NCBI GenBank assembly: GCA_045661145.1
Contig: JAZRFC010000015.1
Coordinates: 1 to 49,111 of the forward strand
Length of the DNA: 49,111 nucleotides
Reading direction: 5' to 3'
Origin: Clostridia bacterium
GTDB taxonomy: Bacteria > Bacillota > Clostridia > UMGS1883
Shown here: one piece after another, positions 46,603-49,111 of the stretch
Position numbering within the stretch: position 1 is the stretch's first letter
Layout of the letters: each line of letters starts with the position of its first letter
Position numbers and translations under genes: made by a program
The notes under the pieces: generated by a model
What the model was told of the DNA's origin: nothing
Database searches by the model: none
What the model saw: the letters and a program-made list of their open reading frames with translations, nothing else

Positions 46603-47895
46603 GTGAAAAAAATTAAGTACATAATTTTAGTTTTGTTATTTACTCTTGTGCTTTCGGTATGCTTTTGCGCAGAGGGTGCAGAATATAAAGATGAGGTAAG
46701 CGTAGGTATAAAATTTGGTGCAAGTGCAGGTACTTCGTTAACTATTTCATCAACTGATGGTATAAATGTTATCAATTATTCAACGGGCACGGTGCTTTAC
46801 ACCTCACAACCTTCGGAATCAATAAGCGTTGAAATGGGCTCCACAGGTTTTGTATCGTGGAACAAATTTGATGCGAGCGGAATAAGTAAAATCTCCTTTT
46901 GCCCTGTAAACGGCGGCACAGTAGTGTGCGACGGTATTGAATACCGTGGATACATTCTGGCGGAACGCAGAACAAACGGAGAGCTTCTTGTAATAAATTA
47001 TGTTGGTATTGACGAATATGTGTCAAGTGTTCTGGGAAAAGAAATGAGTTATACCTGGCCTATGGAGGCTCTTAAAGCTCAGGCGGTATGTGCCAGAAAC
47101 TTTGTTTTGACAAGAGGAAGTGCACATAAAACCTATGGATTTGATGTGTGTACGACTACACACTGTCAGGTTTACGGTGGCGTGAAGAGTGAGCATCCGA
47201 ATACAAGGCAAGCGGTTCAGGAAACAAGCGGAGTTGTTGCCACGTATGACGGAAAACTTGTTGGATTGTACTTTTTTGCAACAAGCGGAGGTGCAACGGA
47301 AGATGTAGAGAATGTGTGGGGCTCAAAATACGGGTATCTCCGTTCTGTTGAGGATACTTATGAAAATCCCGAAAAAGCATCAAGATACAAATGGACTGTT
47401 ACGCTTTCAAAATCACAGATAGAAGAAAAGCTTGCAAATGCAGGTGCATCTATCGGCTCTCTGAACAAAATAACAATTGACAGCGTTTCAAATACGGGAC
47501 GAGTTCTTGAAATGACCTTTCACGGAAGTCAGGGCACATATAGTGCAAAACGAGAAAAATGCAGGTCAATTCTTTCCTTGTACAGCCAAAAATTCTCCGT
47601 ACGTGGTGAGGGAGATGTAAGTATAGTCACAACCTCGGGACAAGCAGGAAACAGTCTTTATGCACTTTCCTCCACGGGCACATCTGCAGTAGCAAGCTAT
47701 ACTGCAATCGGGAAAAACGGAGAATTGTGCCAAATCAATACTGATACGTACGGCTCAGAAAACTATATTATAACGGGTGGCGGATACGGTCACGGAGTAG
47801 GTATGAGTCAATGGGGAGCCCGCGGAATGGCAGAAAACGGTTTTACATATGACCAGATATTGCACCATTATTTTACAGATATAGAATTGGAGTAA
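46603..47895 (+). CDS. SpoIID/LytB domain protein (secreted lytic transglycosylase-like)
   Basis: Signal peptide; EM...WP.EALKAQAVCAR, HCQVYGG and GYGHGVGMSQWGA; GTG start after AAGGAGG. Confidence 0.92.
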   Translation: MKKIKYIILVLLFTLVLSVCFCAEGAEYKDEVSVGIKFGASAGTSLTISSTDGINVINYSTGTVLYTSQPSESISVEMGSTGFVSWNKFDASGISKISFCPVNGGTVVCDGIEYRGYILAERRTNGELLVINYVGIDEYVSSVLGKEMSYTWPMEALKAQAVCARNFVLTRGSAHKTYGFDVCTTTHCQVYGGVKSEHPNTRQAVQETSGVVATYDGKLVGLYFFATSGGATEDVENVWGSKYGYLRSVEDTYENPEKASRYKWTVTLSKSQIEEKLANAGASIGSLNKITIDSVSNTGRVLEMTFHGSQGTYSAKREKCRSILSLYSQKFSVRGEGDVSIVTTSGQAGNSLYALSSTGTSAVASYTAIGKNGELCQINTDTYGSENYIITGGGYGHGVGMSQWGARGMAENGFTYDQILHHYFTDIELE

Positions 47896-47898
47896 CAG

Positions 47899-48921
47899 AT
47901 GAACACAGAAGAATTTGACTACTATTTACCTGAAGAAAAAATAGCACAAACACCGCTTGAGGACAGAACTGCTTCAAAGCTTTTGGTTCTTGACAGGAAT
48001 ACGGGTGAATTTCGTGACGAAATTTTTAAGAACATAACGTCTTTCTTGAAGAAAGGAGATTGCCTTGTTCTTAACAATACGCGTGTTATACCTGCAAGAC
48101 TTTACGGTGCTAAAAAGGAGAGTGGGGGAGCTATTGAATTTCTCCTTTTACACCGATATTCCGCTGATGAGTGGGAGGTTGCATTAAAACCGGGAAGAAA
48201 GGCAAAGCCGGGTGCAGTATTCGAGTTTGGCGGTGGAAAGCTTCAGGCTGAAATTCTTGAAATTCTAGAGGGCGGAAACAGACGTGTTAAATTTACTTAT
48301 GACGGTGTTTTTGAAAATGTTTTGGAGGAGCTTGGCGAGATGCCGCTTCCGCACTATATTAAAGAAAAACTCCGTGATAAAGAGCGTTACCAGACAGTAT
48401 ATTCCAAATATGACGGAAGTGCTGCTGCTCCTACGGCAGGGCTTCATTTCACAAACGAACTGCTTTCGGAAATAGAAAAGATGGGCGTAAAGCTTGCGTA
48501 CTTAACACTGCACGTTGGACTTGGAACATTCAGACCTGTAAAGGTAAGTGATGTCACAAAACACAAGATGCACTCAGAGCATTATATAGTGTCGGAAGAG
48601 GCTGCCAATATTATAAACGAAGCCAAGAAAAACGGCGGCAGGGTAATATGTGTAGGTACTACAAGCTGCAGAACGGTTGAAAGTGCATCAGAGAACGGAA
48701 AAATATTTGCAAAAAGCGGAGAAACGGATATTTTTATTTATCCGGGGTATGAGTTTAAAATCACCGATGCCCTCATAACGAACTTTCATTTGCCAAAATC
48801 AACTTTGGTTATGCTTGTCAGTGCATTGGCAGGAAAAGATAATATTATGAATGCGTATAATCATGCCGTAGCATCCGATTACAGATTTTTCAGCTTCGGA
48901 GATGCGATGTTTATACAATAA
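47899..48921 (+). CDS. queA: S-adenosylmethionine:tRNA ribosyltransferase-isomerase
   Basis: Motifs FDY.LP...[31 protein letters not shown] and [10 protein letters not shown]. Confidence 0.98.
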   Translation: MNTEEFDYYLPEEKIAQTPLEDRTASKLLVLDRNTGEFRDEIFKNITSFLKKGDCLVLNNTRVIPARLYGAKKESGGAIEFLLLHRYSADEWEVALKPGRKAKPGAVFEFGGGKLQAEILEILEGGNRRVKFTYDGVFENVLEELGEMPLPHYIKEKLRDKERYQTVYSKYDGSAAAPTAGLHFTNELLSEIEKMGVKLAYLTLHVGLGTFRPVKVSDVTKHKMHSEHYIVSEEAANIINEAKKNGGRVICVGTTSCRTVESASENGKIFAKSGETDIFIYPGYEFKITDALITNFHLPKSTLVMLVSALAGKDNIMNAYNHAVASDYRFFSFGDAMFIQ

Positions 48922-48925
48922 CGAG

Positions 48926-48955
48926 AATACTGCAGGTAGACCCTGCAGTATTTTT
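48926..48955 (+). terminator. Intrinsic terminator after queA
   Basis: AATACTGCAGG-tagac-CCTGCAGTATT followed by TTT. Confidence 0.8.
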
Positions 48956-49043
48956 ATTTAATATATTATATAAATATATTGCATTTATTGTAAAAAAAGT
49001 ATATAATTATACGGGTATGCATTTTTGAAAGGAGGCGGCAGTT

Positions 49044-49111
49044 TTGGATAGAAAAAATGATAAAAACTTTGAACTTGTGTCCCAAAAATTAATACAGTAC
49101 GGTATTGCCGC
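49044..49111 (+). CDS. 5' end of an unidentified gene running off the window
   Basis: TTGCAT-17-TATAAT (48979-49007), AAGGAGG RBS and TTG start; open frame MDRKNDKNFELVSQKLIQYGIA... Confidence 0.6.
   Translation, partial: MDRKNDKNFELVSQKLIQYGIA

Overview
AT-rich, gene-dense chromosomal window from an endospore-forming member of the Clostridia (spoVG, spoIIID, SLH domains, Firmicutes-type LexA box, sigma-E- and sigma-G-like promoters). Most of it is core housekeeping: FHA-SEDS-PBP module, murC, spoVG-prs-pth-mfd-prsA, FMN riboswitch-ribU, typA, lexA, CobW GTPase pair, rluB, copA, yybS-gdpP-rplI-dnaB-tilS-hpt-ftsH, asd-dapA-dapB and queA. I saw no tRNA, rRNA, CRISPR array, transposase, integrase or phage genes. 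The main oddities are: (1) a 273-nt highly structured element with 26-bp terminal inverted repeats between the FMN riboswitch terminator and the ribU RBS; (2) an AraC / nucleotidyltransferase / NahK-like kinase module that could salvage HexNAc to UDP-HexNAc, close to a spoVG-prs junction that lacks the usual glmU; (3) loop-less perfect palindromes of 48 and 44 bp flanking that module, one of which makes two convergent genes end in the same residues; (4) a LysM-YkuD enzyme paired with an apparently inactive paralog; (5) a truncated PIG-L/SLH chimeric gene; (6) an unannotated 58-aa gene behind a sigma-G-like promoter; (7) RBS-sequestering hairpins in front of sporulation genes. Product calls come from motif recognition only; no database searches were run.
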